Part shown: piece after piece, positions 17,869-26,899 of the stretch
Layout: each line of letters begins with the position of its first letter
Position numbering within the stretch: position 1 is the stretch's first letter
Origin: a virus
Lineage: Duplodnaviria; Heunggongvirae; Uroviricota; Caudoviricetes
Virus record (IMG/VR): IMGVR_UViG_2737471861_000014
Span: 1 to 32,305 of that record
DNA length: 32,305 bases
Direction: 5' to 3' (one strand)
The notes under the pieces: model-generated
Database searches by the model: none
Told to the model about the DNA's origin: nothing
What the model saw: only the letters and a program-made list of their open reading frames with translations
Made by a program: the position numbers and the translations under genes

Positions 17869-18547
17869 ATGGAATAGATTGAAGTCTAATCTTACATTAA
17901 GTGAGATTGCTTTTTATATAAAGAGTAACAAATACTCTGAAGAACTTGGCTATGGTTATTCTGACTTTGAAGTTTCATCTGACGTACTATCAGCTACGTA
18001 TACTGAAGCTAAGTTGAATAAACAGACTTCAGTTGATCCTTTGGGTAACGAAAATGAACAAGAGTTCATTACTTATGAGTCAATTCAGTTCTCTATATCT
18101 AAACTCATAGGTAGGTTATATTTATTATCAGTTTACAATCCACCAAAATCAATAAAGGCTTTGACAGAGCGACTTAGTGCGGATTCAGGTTATAAAATAG
18201 GGTTTGGCATCGTTGATATTAAACTGTCTGAGTATTTGGATTCGCTGCATAAAAAATATGATTTGGAACTTGTTAGTATCAAGAAGGTTAAGGTTAGTAA
18301 TTTGATAGTTAATGATAACTCTAAGGCAACCGTAGAGGTTACATCTAAGAAAAATGCATTTGATGATGTGAAGGATATTATTGGGGATAAAGCATATTCT
18401 CTTGATAAGGTCAGGGCGGCAGGATATGTTCTAGGACATCGTTGTGAATTTGAGATATCGAAGAATGGTTCTGTCTGTGCTAACGAGGGTATGGTTAAAT
18501 ATTTAACTGAGACAATAGTTTCTCATATTCTTGAAAGGGAAATTTAA
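17846..18547 (+). CDS. Hypothetical protein, gene 3 of the three-gene cargo cassette
   Basis: ORF of 233 aa whose start overlaps the end of gene 2 by 23 nt, preceded by a GGGGAAGAAAG RBS. No recognisable domain. Confidence 0.55.
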   Translation: MESLIRVKWNRLKSNLTLSEIAFYIKSNKYSEELGYGYSDFEVSSDVLSATYTEAKLNKQTSVDPLGNENEQEFITYESIQFSISKLIGRLYLLSVYNPPKSIKALTERLSADSGYKIGFGIVDIKLSEYLDSLHKKYDLELVSIKKVKVSNLIVNDNSKATVEVTSKKNAFDDVKDIIGDKAYSLDKVRAAGYVLGHRCEFEISKNGSVCANEGMVKYLTETIVSHILEREI

Positions 18548-18552
18548 TAGTT

Positions 18553-18585
18553 GGCGGTATTCATACCGCCGCCTCTATTTTCTCT
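18553..18585 (+). terminator. Putative terminator between the cassette and the convergent portal gene
   Basis: GGCGGTAT-TC-ATACCGCC hairpin followed by GCCTCTATTTTCTCTG. Confidence 0.45.
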
Positions 18586-18590
18586 GAAAC

Positions 18591-19625
18591 TCAAAGAGTT
18601 AGTTCATATTTTTCAAAACGCATAATTTTCTCCCCTAACCATTCATTGAGCCCCTCGAGTTGTTTTTGTAGAGGCATCAGTTCGTTACGGACAAAGACGC
18701 AACTGGCCTTCTCCACATCCCCAAACCCGCCAACATTACTTGGCATAATCCCCATCATCTGTGGTGGCACGCGGTGCGCAGCCATCATGTCATCACGGCT
18801 CACGTTCTTGATATTCAGAAACTCATCCTTCGCTGCGACTTCTGACAACGGGATAATCTGAAGTCCGTCCTTTTTGCCGTTAGGCGAGTACATAAACAGA
18901 TTGCGGAAGTTGCCAGGGCCTTTGGCGCTTTTCATCGCGTTGCGGAGGTTGTTCACATCCTCCTGGTTCTGCGCGGCATCGGTCATATACATGATGAAGC
19001 CTGCATGGCTGCCGTTGATGTAATACTTACGGCGGAACAGCGTGGCGGACTCGTTGAGCAGGGCTGACGGAATGGCAGAAAGATAACCGGGCAGGCCGTA
19101 GATCTCCTGATTAATATCCGGTTCCATCAGATGAAAAATGCTGCCTTTCGTGAACTGATACGGCTGGGTTGTCATACCGTATTGCACAAACCAGTAGGTA
19201 TCCAGGTCTAATCCGCGTCGGGTGTATTTTGCCAGCGCAGGTTCAAGGGCGATCACTTCACCGAAGCGGTTCGTGCGTTTCTCCAGATAGGCATTGCCAA
19301 ATACCAGATAGTCCTGCACAAAACGCGAAAAAGCCTGCTGGCTGAGCAGAGGATGAGGGATATAGGTACTGGTCAGAATGTTACACTTTACTGCAATCGG
19401 GGAACTGTGATGCACGGCAGCGCGGAAGGTGCGCGCCAGTCCGTCAAAGCTGACGGGAGGCTCATACCAGCGGTCCATCTGTACGCATTCCACATAGTCC
19501 AGCAGTTCACGGCGGTCCAGAACAGGAACGGGATCGCCGAAGCTGAATGCTTCGGCTGTAGTTTGACTTTTAAGCTGGATCTGTTTCGTCGCCGCAGCTC
19601 GGTTCTTCTTACTCTTTCCCATCAA
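18591..19625 (-). CDS. Q: Portal protein (P2 gpQ family)
   Basis: ORF of 344 aa (P2 Q is the same length), adjacent and co-oriented with the terminase ATPase gene. Confidence 0.85.
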   Translation of the reverse strand: MMGKSKKNRAAATKQIQLKSQTTAEAFSFGDPVPVLDRRELLDYVECVQMDRWYEPPVSFDGLARTFRAAVHHSSPIAVKCNILTSTYIPHPLLSQQAFSRFVQDYLVFGNAYLEKRTNRFGEVIALEPALAKYTRRGLDLDTYWFVQYGMTTQPYQFTKGSIFHLMEPDINQEIYGLPGYLSAIPSALLNESATLFRRKYYINGSHAGFIMYMTDAAQNQEDVNNLRNAMKSAKGPGNFRNLFMYSPNGKKDGLQIIPLSEVAAKDEFLNIKNVSRDDMMAAHRVPPQMMGIMPSNVGGFGDVEKASCVFVRNELMPLQKQLEGLNEWLGEKIMRFEKYELTL

Positions 19626-21388
19626 AAAATCTCCACAATATTGCTGGTATTGGCGGATTCGCCCTGCAGCGGTTCGTTAAACAGTGCGTGCATCGTTGCC
19701 CATGCCAGATCGGCGTGGCTGGCTTCTTCGCTGCGGCTGGCTTCATAGGTCGGGCGGTTGCCACTGGCGGTGGTGGCGCGACGGATTGCCATAAAGGACT
19801 GCGCTATGTCGGTGTGTCCGGCGTCAAACTCCAGACGGCGGTGGCTGATAATGTCGTAGGCCTTGAGTACCAGAGCGTTTTTAACGTTGGGGTTGTAGAC
19901 AAACTCCCGGACGGCAGGAAAGAACGCTTTCACGTTCTCATAAACCCCGTGACCGACGCCTGTCGAGTCGATGCCGATATAGGTCACGTTGTACTGCTCG
20001 GTCAGTTTTTTGATTGCATCAGCCTGGGCGCGGAAGTCCATCCCGCGCCACTGGTGACGCTCTAGAATGCGAAACTTACCGCCTGGCACGGCTGGCGGTG
20101 CCACCACCACGCATCCGGCGCTGTCGCCGTTCTGCGTACCTTTTGCCGGGTCATAACCGATCCACACCTCGCGCCAGCCAAACGGGCGCAGGGCCAGTGC
20201 ATGAAAATCGGTCCAGACTTCCCAACTGTCCACCATGCACGCCTGCAGTTCGCTGAGCGGGAACACGGACGCGAGATCGTCCACGAACTCGCACATCAGC
20301 AGGTTCTGATATTCGTCCGGGCTGTACTCCATGCGTAGCTGGTCGAGGTCGAACAGGTTACAGCCGCCGCGCACCGCATCTTCCACGGTGACTATCTGGC
20401 GGTATTGCCCGTCTGCGCACAGCAGGCCGGGGGCCAGATTGTTGTGGGACAGGTCGATGTCCACCTTATCGGCTTTGTTGCGCCCACGGTTAAACAGCGC
20501 ACCGGACCAGAACGGATAAGCACTGTGTGTCAGGCTGGATGGTGTGGAAAAATAGGTTTGTCGCCATTTTTTGTGAATAGCCATACCGGAAGCCACTTTG
20601 CGCAGCTCCTGGAATTTCGGTATCCAGAAGTATTCATCCAGATACAGGTTGCCGTGGTAACTCTGGGCCGTGCGGGCATTGGTGCCGAGGAAGTAAAGCG
20701 TGGCCCCGTTGGGAAGCACCATCGGATCGCCTTTCAGCTCCGCCTCCACTTCTTTGGCGAAGTCGATGATGTACTGTTTAAAGACGTGGGCCTGTGCCTT
20801 ACTGGCGGAAAGGAAAATCTGGTTACGTCCGGTAAGCAGGGCGTCAATCAGGGCTTCACGGGCAAAGTAAAAGGTCGCGCCGATCTGGCGTGACTTCAGC
20901 AGGTTGCGGATGCGGTTGGTTTTTCCGGCTTCCCACCAGTGGCGCTGGTAGTTGAACATGGAGGAATGGAAAATTTCTTCCAGCTTCTCAATCTGTTCAT
21001 CGGTGAAAACGTTCTTTTCCGGCTGCCGGCGTGGGCCTTTGTTGCGGTTGGCGACGTTAGGGTTCAAGTCGGCTTCGTTGCCGCCATTGTTAAACTTGCC
21101 GATCCGCGCGTGGCGTTCCGACTGGCGCGCCAGCAGGTCAATCTCTTTGAAATCTTTCCCTTCTTTGTGCTCCTTCATAATGAGCTGGCAGTAGCGTGCG
21201 GCGGTGGTGAGCTGCATCTGATCCAGCGGCCCATAGTCACCCCACTTGTCGCGTTTTTTCCAGCTGTGAACGGTTGCAACTTTCTCGCCCAGCATTTCAG
21301 CAATGCGGGCTACGCGGTATCCCTGAAAGTACAGCAGCATGGCCTGCCGACGGGGATCGAGATCTGCGGGTGTCAGTGTGGTGTTCAT
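19622..21388 (-). CDS. P: Terminase large (ATPase) subunit (P2 gpP family)
   Basis: ORF of 588 aa overlapping the Q start by 4 nt. Size and position match P2 P. Confidence 0.85.
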   Translation of the reverse strand: MNTTLTPADLDPRRQAMLLYFQGYRVARIAEMLGEKVATVHSWKKRDKWGDYGPLDQMQLTTAARYCQLIMKEHKEGKDFKEIDLLARQSERHARIGKFNNGGNEADLNPNVANRNKGPRRQPEKNVFTDEQIEKLEEIFHSSMFNYQRHWWEAGKTNRIRNLLKSRQIGATFYFAREALIDALLTGRNQIFLSASKAQAHVFKQYIIDFAKEVEAELKGDPMVLPNGATLYFLGTNARTAQSYHGNLYLDEYFWIPKFQELRKVASGMAIHKKWRQTYFSTPSSLTHSAYPFWSGALFNRGRNKADKVDIDLSHNNLAPGLLCADGQYRQIVTVEDAVRGGCNLFDLDQLRMEYSPDEYQNLLMCEFVDDLASVFPLSELQACMVDSWEVWTDFHALALRPFGWREVWIGYDPAKGTQNGDSAGCVVVAPPAVPGGKFRILERHQWRGMDFRAQADAIKKLTEQYNVTYIGIDSTGVGHGVYENVKAFFPAVREFVYNPNVKNALVLKAYDIISHRRLEFDAGHTDIAQSFMAIRRATTASGNRPTYEASRSEEASHADLAWATMHALFNEPLQGESANTSNIVEIF

Positions 21389-21434
21389 GGCACAAACCTA
21401 CAGCCTTGAATGAAGGCTTTCCCCGCCTGCGGTT

Positions 21435-21452
21435 TGTGTGGTTGTCGGTACA
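21435..21452. promoter_or_regulatory. TGT-N12-ACA dyad: candidate late-promoter activator (Ogr/Delta-type) site
   Basis: TGTGTGGTTGTCGGTACA in the divergent P/O intergenic region, centred about 55 bp upstream of a plausible start site for the O operon. Confidence 0.5.
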
Positions 21453-21530
21453 AATACCGCGCATTGTTTCACTGCCCCCATCACCGCAACCATAAGGCTC
21501 CAGTAAGTTTTTTCTAACGGAGCACGGCTC

Positions 21531-22364
21531 ATGACAGTGAAAGCAAAGCGTTTTCGCATCGGGGTGGAAGGTGCCACCACCGACGGGCGCGAAATCCAGC
21601 GTGAATGGCTGGAACAGATGGCAGCCAGCTACAACCCGGCGGTGTATACCGCGCTGATTAACCTTGAGCACATCAAGTCTTATCTGCCGGACAGCACCTT
21701 TAACCGTTACGGCAAGGTGACGGCGCTGTTTGCTGAAGAAATCACGGAGGGTCCGCTGGCGGGCAAGATGGCACTGTATGCCGACGTTGAGCCAACGGAA
21801 TCACTGGTGGAACTGGTGAAAAAAGGCCAGAAATTATTCACCTCTATGGAAGTCAGCCCGAAGTTTGCTGATACGGGCAAAGCCTACCTGGTCGGCCTGG
21901 CTGCCACTGATGACCCTGCCAGTCTGGGCACTGAAATGCTGACATTCAGCGCCAGTGCAGCCCATAACCCGCTGGCAAACCGCAAGCAGAATCCCGCCAA
22001 TCTTTTTACCGCTGCAGAGGAAACGGTGATCGAACTGGAAGAAATCCAGGACGACAAACCGTCCCTGTTTGCCCGCGTCACGGCGCTGTTTACCAAAAAA
22101 GAGCAGTCCGATGACGCCCGGTTCTCTGATGTGCATAAGGCCGTGGAGCTGGTCGCCACTGAGCAGCAAAACCTGAGCGCACGCACCGAAAAATCCCTGT
22201 CTGAGCAGGAAGAACGCCTGTCTGAGCTGGAGACTGCCCTGCAGGCACAGCAGACCGCCTTTAACGAACTGGTGAATAAGCTGAGTCATGAAGACAGCCG
22301 CCAGGACTACCGCCAGCGTGCAACAGGCGGTAACGCCCCCGCTGACACTCTGACCAATTGCTGA
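21531..22364 (+). CDS. O: Capsid scaffolding protein (P2 gpO family)
   Basis: ORF of 277 aa, first gene rightward of the P/O divergent region, followed by the major capsid gene. Confidence 0.8.
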   Translation: MTVKAKRFRIGVEGATTDGREIQREWLEQMAASYNPAVYTALINLEHIKSYLPDSTFNRYGKVTALFAEEITEGPLAGKMALYADVEPTESLVELVKKGQKLFTSMEVSPKFADTGKAYLVGLAATDDPASLGTEMLTFSASAAHNPLANRKQNPANLFTAAEETVIELEEIQDDKPSLFARVTALFTKKEQSDDARFSDVHKAVELVATEQQNLSARTEKSLSEQEERLSELETALQAQQTAFNELVNKLSHEDSRQDYRQRATGGNAPADTLTNC

Positions 22365-22380
22365 TGGAGCACAAAACCTG

Positions 22381-23439
22381 ATGAAGAAGAATACCCGCTT
22401 TGCTTTTAACGCTTACCTGCAGCAGCTGGCGCGTCTGAACGGTGTGGCAGTTGAAGAACTGTCCAGCAAGTTCACTGTGGAGCCGTCTGTGCAGCAGACG
22501 CTGGAAGACCAGATCCAGCAGTCCGCCGCTTTCCTGACGCTGATTAATGTCACCCCAGTGACTGAGCAGTCCGGTCAGCTGCTGGGGCTGGGTGTTGGCA
22601 GCACCATTGCCGGAACCACTGACACCACCGCGAAAGAGCGTGAACCTGTCGATCCGACGCTGATGGTCGATGTGGAATATAAATGCGAGCAGACCAACTT
22701 TGACACGGTGCTGACCTACGCGAAGCTGGACCTGTGGGCGAAGTTTCAGGATTTCCAGGTGCGTATCCGTGACGCCATCGTGAAACGTCAGGCACTGGAC
22801 CGCATCATGATCGGCTTTAACGGCGTGAAGCGTGCGAAAAACTCCAACCGCAGCGAAAACCCGCTGCTGCAGGATGTTAACAAAGGCTGGTTGCAGAAAA
22901 TCCGTGAAGATGCACCGGATCACGTCATGGGCAGCACCACCACGGGCGGCGAAACCACTCCGGGTGCGGTGAAAGTCGGGAAAGGTGGCGAATATGCCAA
23001 CCTGGACGCTGTGGTGATGGATGCCGTCAATGAGCTTATCGACGTGGTTTACCAGGACGATGACGATCTGGTGGTGATTTGCGGTCGTGAACTGCTGTCT
23101 GACAAGTATTTCCCGCTGGTCAACAAAGAGCAGGAGAACAGTGAAAAACTGGCTGCAGATATGATCATCAGCCAGAAACGCATGGGTGGCCTGCAGGCCG
23201 TGCGTGCGCCGTTCTTCCCGCCGAATGCGCTGCTGATCACCCGTCTGGATAACCTGTCCATCTACTGGCAGGAAGACACCCGCCGCCGTTCAGTTATCGA
23301 CAACCCGAAACGTGACCGGATTGAAAACTTTGAATCCGTTAACGAAGCCTATGTGGTTGAGGACTACCGCTGCGCCGCACTGGTGGAAAACATCCAGATT
23401 GGCGATTTCAGCACCGCTGCAGCAGAAGCCGGAGCGTAA
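22381..23439 (+). CDS. N: Major capsid protein (P2 gpN family)
   Basis: ORF of 352 aa in the conserved O-N-M-L order. Confidence 0.85.
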   Translation: MKKNTRFAFNAYLQQLARLNGVAVEELSSKFTVEPSVQQTLEDQIQQSAAFLTLINVTPVTEQSGQLLGLGVGSTIAGTTDTTAKEREPVDPTLMVDVEYKCEQTNFDTVLTYAKLDLWAKFQDFQVRIRDAIVKRQALDRIMIGFNGVKRAKNSNRSENPLLQDVNKGWLQKIREDAPDHVMGSTTTGGETTPGAVKVGKGGEYANLDAVVMDAVNELIDVVYQDDDDLVVICGRELLSDKYFPLVNKEQENSEKLAADMIISQKRMGGLQAVRAPFFPPNALLITRLDNLSIYWQEDTRRRSVIDNPKRDRIENFESVNEAYVVEDYRCAALVENIQIGDFSTAAAEAGA

Positions 23440-23442
23440 TTC

Positions 23443-24093
23443 ATGAGCCTGAGTCCCGCACGGCAGCATCGCCTGCGCGTTCAGGCTGAACAGGCCGCTC
23501 GCGAGGGTGGCAGTGTTCGCCACGCGTCGGGCTATGACCTGATGCTGCTGCAACTGGCGGAAGACCGCCGCCGTCTCAAGGGCGTTCAGTCCACGGTCAA
23601 AAAAGCGGAAATCAAGGTGGAGCTGCTGCCGAAATATGCCGCCTGGGCGGAGGGCGTTATGGCTGCCGGAGGCGCTCAACAGGATGACGTGCTGATGTAC
23701 GTGATGCTGTGGCGCATTGATGCCGGAGATTATGCCGGGGCGCTGGAGATCGGGCGTCATGCCCTGCGTCATGGCTGGGTGATGCCGCTGGGTAACCGCA
23801 ACGTGCAGACCGTGCTGGCAGAGGAAATGGCAGACGCGGCGCAGAGCGCAATGCTTGCCGCCACCGGCTTTGATGCCGATCTGTTGCTGCAGACGCTGGA
23901 GCTGACAGACGGTCTGGATATGCCGGACCAGTCACGGGCGCGTCTGCATAAAGCGATTGGCGCTGTCCTGAGTGAAAGTAACCCGGCTTCCGCCCTTAAT
24001 CATCTCAACCATGCATTACAGCTCGATCCCCGCTGTGGCGTGAAAAAAGACAAACAGCAGCTGGAGCGCAGACTGCGCAATGACAGCCGCTGA
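23443..24093 (+). CDS. M: Terminase small/endonuclease subunit (P2 gpM family)
   Basis: ORF of 216 aa. The segment GAQQDDVLMYVMLWRIDAGDYAGALEIGRHAL resembles P2 M as I recall it. Confidence 0.75.
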   Translation: MSLSPARQHRLRVQAEQAAREGGSVRHASGYDLMLLQLAEDRRRLKGVQSTVKKAEIKVELLPKYAAWAEGVMAAGGAQQDDVLMYVMLWRIDAGDYAGALEIGRHALRHGWVMPLGNRNVQTVLAEEMADAAQSAMLAATGFDADLLLQTLELTDGLDMPDQSRARLHKAIGAVLSESNPASALNHLNHALQLDPRCGVKKDKQQLERRLRNDSR

Positions 24094-24188
24094 CAGAACG
24101 TGCCCCCGCGCACGGGCGGCACGGGGTGGCGAAAGGCACTACCACATCAAAACCCCGTCCACCGCCCTTTATTTCAGGAGAAAGCAGC

Positions 24189-24653
24189 ATGAAGTTTGTT
24201 GCGTCAGAACAGGCACCGGAACAGGCGGAAATCATCAGGAATACGCCGTTCTGGCCTGATGTGGACTTGTCGGAGTTTCGCAGTGTCATGCGCACTGACG
24301 GCACGGTGACGCAGCCGCGTTTAAAGCAGGTTGCGCTGTCGGCAATTTCGGAGGTCAACGCAGAGCTGTATGAGTTTCGCAGACGTCAGCAGATGCTGGG
24401 GTATGCGTCGCTGGCTGAGGTCCCGGCGGAACAGCTGGACGGCAAAAGTGAGCGCATTCAGCATTATTTCAACGCGGTTTACTGCTGGGCACGCGCCATG
24501 CTCAACGAACGTTACCAGGACTATGACGCCACGGCGTCCGGTGTGAAGCGGGGCGAGGAACTGGCGGAAGCAAGCGGTGATTTGTGGCGTGACGCCCGCT
24601 GGGCCATCAGCCGGGTGCAGGATGCGCCGCACTGCACAGTGGAGCTTATCTGA
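24189..24653 (+). CDS. L: Head completion/stabilisation protein (P2 gpL family)
   Basis: ATG at 24189 preceded by AGGAG. The track ORF extends upstream to 24126. Confidence 0.7.
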   Translation: MKFVASEQAPEQAEIIRNTPFWPDVDLSEFRSVMRTDGTVTQPRLKQVALSAISEVNAELYEFRRRQQMLGYASLAEVPAEQLDGKSERIQHYFNAVYCWARAMLNERYQDYDATASGVKRGEELAEASGDLWRDARWAISRVQDAPHCTVELI

Positions 24654-24856
24654 TGAAAGTGCGTGCGCATCAGTATGACACGGTGGACGCGCTTTGCTGG
24701 CGTCATTACGGGCGCACGCAGGGTGTCACGGAGCAGGTACTGAAGGCAAATCCGGGGCTTGCCGAATACGGCCCCTTTTTACCTCACGGGCTGCAGGTGG
24801 AGCTACCGGACATTCCGACCACCACCACCGTGCAGACCGTCCAGCTATGGGACTGA
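24653..24856 (+). CDS. X: Tail protein X (P2 gpX family)
   Basis: ORF of 67 aa, the same length as P2 X, between L and the lysis genes. Confidence 0.7.
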   Translation: MKVRAHQYDTVDALCWRHYGRTQGVTEQVLKANPGLAEYGPFLPHGLQVELPDIPTTTTVQTVQLWD

Positions 24857-24859
24857 ATT

Positions 24860-25075
24860 ATGACGCTTGAGCGAATCAGCGCCTTTATCACGTATTGCAT
24901 CGCCGTCGTGCTGGCCTGGCTGGGCGATTTGTCCATCAAGGATGCCTCAACGCTGGGCGGCCTGATGATTGGTGTGCTGATGCTGGCTATCAACTGGTAC
25001 TACAAACACAAAGCCTACCAGCTTCTGCTCAACGGGCAGATCTCGCGGGAGGACTATGAATCCATCAATCGTTAA
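24860..25075 (+). CDS. Holin (two hydrophobic segments; possibly a pinholin)
   Basis: ORF of 71 aa with two hydrophobic stretches and a charged C-terminus, immediately upstream of the endolysin. Confidence 0.6.
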   Translation: MTLERISAFITYCIAVVLAWLGDLSIKDASTLGGLMIGVLMLAINWYYKHKAYQLLLNGQISREDYESINR

Positions 25076-25568
25076 ACGCTGCCTTGTCGGGGCCGTGCTG
25101 GCTATTGCTGCCACGCTGCCGGGTTTTCAGCAGCTTCACACCTCCGTGGAAGGGCTGAAACTGATTGCCGATTACGAAGGTTGTCGTCTGCAGCCGTATC
25201 AGTGCAGCGCGGGTGTCTGGACCGACGGCATTGGTAATACGTCGGGCGTCATTCCCGGCAAAACCATTACGGAGCGACAGGCAGCAGAAGGGCTGATCTC
25301 CAACGTGCTGCGTGTGGAGCGGGCGCTGGAAAGGTGTGTGAAGCAACAGCCGCCGCAGAAGGTGTATGACGCTGCGGTGTCGTTTGCCTTCAACGTGGGA
25401 ACGGGCAATGCCTGCAGTTCCACACTGGTGAAATTACTCAATCAGCGGCGCTGGGCGGATGCGTGCCGACAGTTGCCGCGCTGGGTTTATGTGAAAGGTG
25501 TTTTTAATCAGGGGCTGGATAACCGCCGTGCGCGGGAGATGGCCTGGTGCTTACAGGGAGCAAACTGA
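25056..25568 (+). CDS. Endolysin, phage lysozyme family with N-terminal signal-anchor-release (SAR)-like hydrophobic segment
   Basis: ORF of 170 aa. Hydrophobic N-terminus (CLVGAVLAIAATLPG). Motifs GVWTDGIGNT and SFAFNVGTGN ... RW resemble phage P21-type lysozymes. Confidence 0.8.
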   Translation: MNPSIVKRCLVGAVLAIAATLPGFQQLHTSVEGLKLIADYEGCRLQPYQCSAGVWTDGIGNTSGVIPGKTITERQAAEGLISNVLRVERALERCVKQQPPQKVYDAAVSFAFNVGTGNACSSTLVKLLNQRRWADACRQLPRWVYVKGVFNQGLDNRRAREMAWCLQGAN

Positions 25569-25569
25569 A

Positions 25570-25947
25570 ATGAAAAAGAAAGTAATCAGCGGGCTGTTTC
25601 TGATGTTATGGATGGCGCTGTTGATCGCAGCAATGGTGTATCCGCAGGGGATTTTTCCGGTACTGGCAGCGTCCGGTGTCTGGGTAGCCTGTCTGCTGAC
25701 ATGGGCGGTAATTCCGGTAGCACTGGCTGCGTTAATTAAGAACGGCCCGCTCTGGCAGGAGTTGAGGGCATCTTTGCTAAAGACCATTACCCGAAAAGAA
25801 AACGTATTTATCAGCTGGGTGATGCGATTGCTGATTGTCGTAAGTTTCGCCTGGACGGGGTGGGCTATTACCCTGGTCTTTTATCTGCTGACCGTTATTG
25901 CCTTCTGGATGATCCGTAATCAGATTGCGCAACAGGTAGCAGCATGA
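25570..25947 (+). CDS. LysA-like membrane protein (lysis timing)
   Basis: ATG at 25570. Multiple hydrophobic helices. Position equivalent to P2 lysA. Confidence 0.5.
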   Translation: MKKKVISGLFLMLWMALLIAAMVYPQGIFPVLAASGVWVACLLTWAVIPVALAALIKNGPLWQELRASLLKTITRKENVFISWVMRLLIVVSFAWTGWAITLVFYLLTVIAFWMIRNQIAQQVAA

Positions 25948-26372
25948 ACCGGTTGCTGCTGGTTGTGCTGGCGTTATTACTGGCGGCGCTGGGCTGGCAG
26001 ACGTGGCGGCTGGCTGATGCCAGCCAGACCATCAGCACGCAGGCAGACGAGCTTCGGAGCAAAAGCCAGGCACTGGCAAAGAGCAACAGCCAGCTTATCA
26101 GCCTGTCCATTCTGACTGAAACCAATAACCGGGAGCAGGCGCGGCTCTATGCCGAAGCAGAACAGACCAGTGTACTGCTGAGACAACGACAACACCGGAT
26201 TGAGGAACTGAAACGTGAGAACGAGGATTTACGCCGCTGGGCTGATACTCCTTTGCCTGCTGACATTATCCGGCTGCGGGAACGCCCCACACTCACCGGA
26301 GGTGCAGCTTACCGTCAGTGGTTGTCCGCGAGTGACGCCGTGTCGGCTGGGACAGGCAGCGCCGCGCACTAA
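25944..26372 (+). CDS. Inner-membrane spanin (LysB/Rz-like)
   Basis: ORF of 142 aa with N-terminal TM segment (LLLVVLALLLAALGW) followed by a coiled-coil-like region. Confidence 0.7.
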   Translation: MNRLLLVVLALLLAALGWQTWRLADASQTISTQADELRSKSQALAKSNSQLISLSILTETNNREQARLYAEAEQTSVLLRQRQHRIEELKRENEDLRRWADTPLPADIIRLRERPTLTGGAAYRQWLSASDAVSAGTGSAAH

Positions 26373-26505
26373 CGGTGGCCTGAACGCGTTGCTGGATGAA
26401 ACGGAGGCCGCCTGGGCGGTCTGTGCAGACAAAGTGGACATGATTATTGCGTGTCAGGAGCGAAACAGTGAACAAACCACAATCCCTGCGCCACGCCCTC
26501 AATAA
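26215..26505 (+). CDS. Outer-membrane lipoprotein spanin (LysC/Rz1-like), start embedded in the LysB gene in another frame
   Basis: ORF of 96 aa with lipobox LTLSGC after a signal-peptide-like N-terminus. Overlaps the 3' part of the LysB gene. Confidence 0.7.
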   Translation: MRTRIYAAGLILLCLLTLSGCGNAPHSPEVQLTVSGCPRVTPCRLGQAAPRTNGGLNALLDETEAAWAVCADKVDMIIACQERNSEQTTIPAPRPQ

Positions 26506-26899
26506 AGCGGTGCCTTATGTCCGCAATAACCCGGACAAACTGCATCTGTTTGTGGATAACGGTTCGCTGGTTGCCACGGGGGCCAGCTCCATGTCATGGG
26601 AGTACCGCTATACCCTGAACGTGGTGATAGAGGATTTCAGCGGCGACCAGAATCTGCTGATGGCCCCGGTTTTACTGTGGCTTCGGGATAACCAGCCCGA
26701 TGCCATCAATAACCCGGCGTTACGGGAAAAGCTATTCACCTTTGAGGTGGATATTTTGCGCAACGATGTCTGTGATATCAGCCTTAACCTGCAATTGACG
26801 GAACGTGTGCTGGTCAGTACTGACGGCAGTGTGTCGAGCGTTGAAGCTGTAGCAGAACCCGATGAACCTGAAGAAATGTGGACGGTGAAACGTGGCTGA
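26468..26899 (+). CDS. R: Tail completion protein R (P2 gpR family)
   Basis: Likely GTG start at 26468 (AGGAG RBS), giving an N-terminus NKPQSLRHALNKAV that aligns with P2 R. The track ORF begins at 26447. Confidence 0.7.
   Translation: MNKPQSLRHALNKAVPYVRNNPDKLHLFVDNGSLVATGASSMSWEYRYTLNVVIEDFSGDQNLLMAPVLLWLRDNQPDAINNPALREKLFTFEVDILRNDVCDISLNLQLTERVLVSTDGSVSSVEAVAEPDEPEEMWTVKRG

Noticed and set aside
14747-18590. P2 tin/old exclusion genes at the variable locus
   Set aside because: No ORF here has the ATPase/Toprim features of Old or resembles Tin; the slot is occupied by the unrelated three-gene cassette.
19688-23935. Numerous alternate-frame and antisense ORFs within the terminase, scaffold, capsid and M genes (for example 20405-20893, 21834-22289, 22261-22923, 23290-23772)
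   Set aside because: The annotated frames match P2 morphogenesis proteins collinearly; the others are by-products of high-GC sequence.
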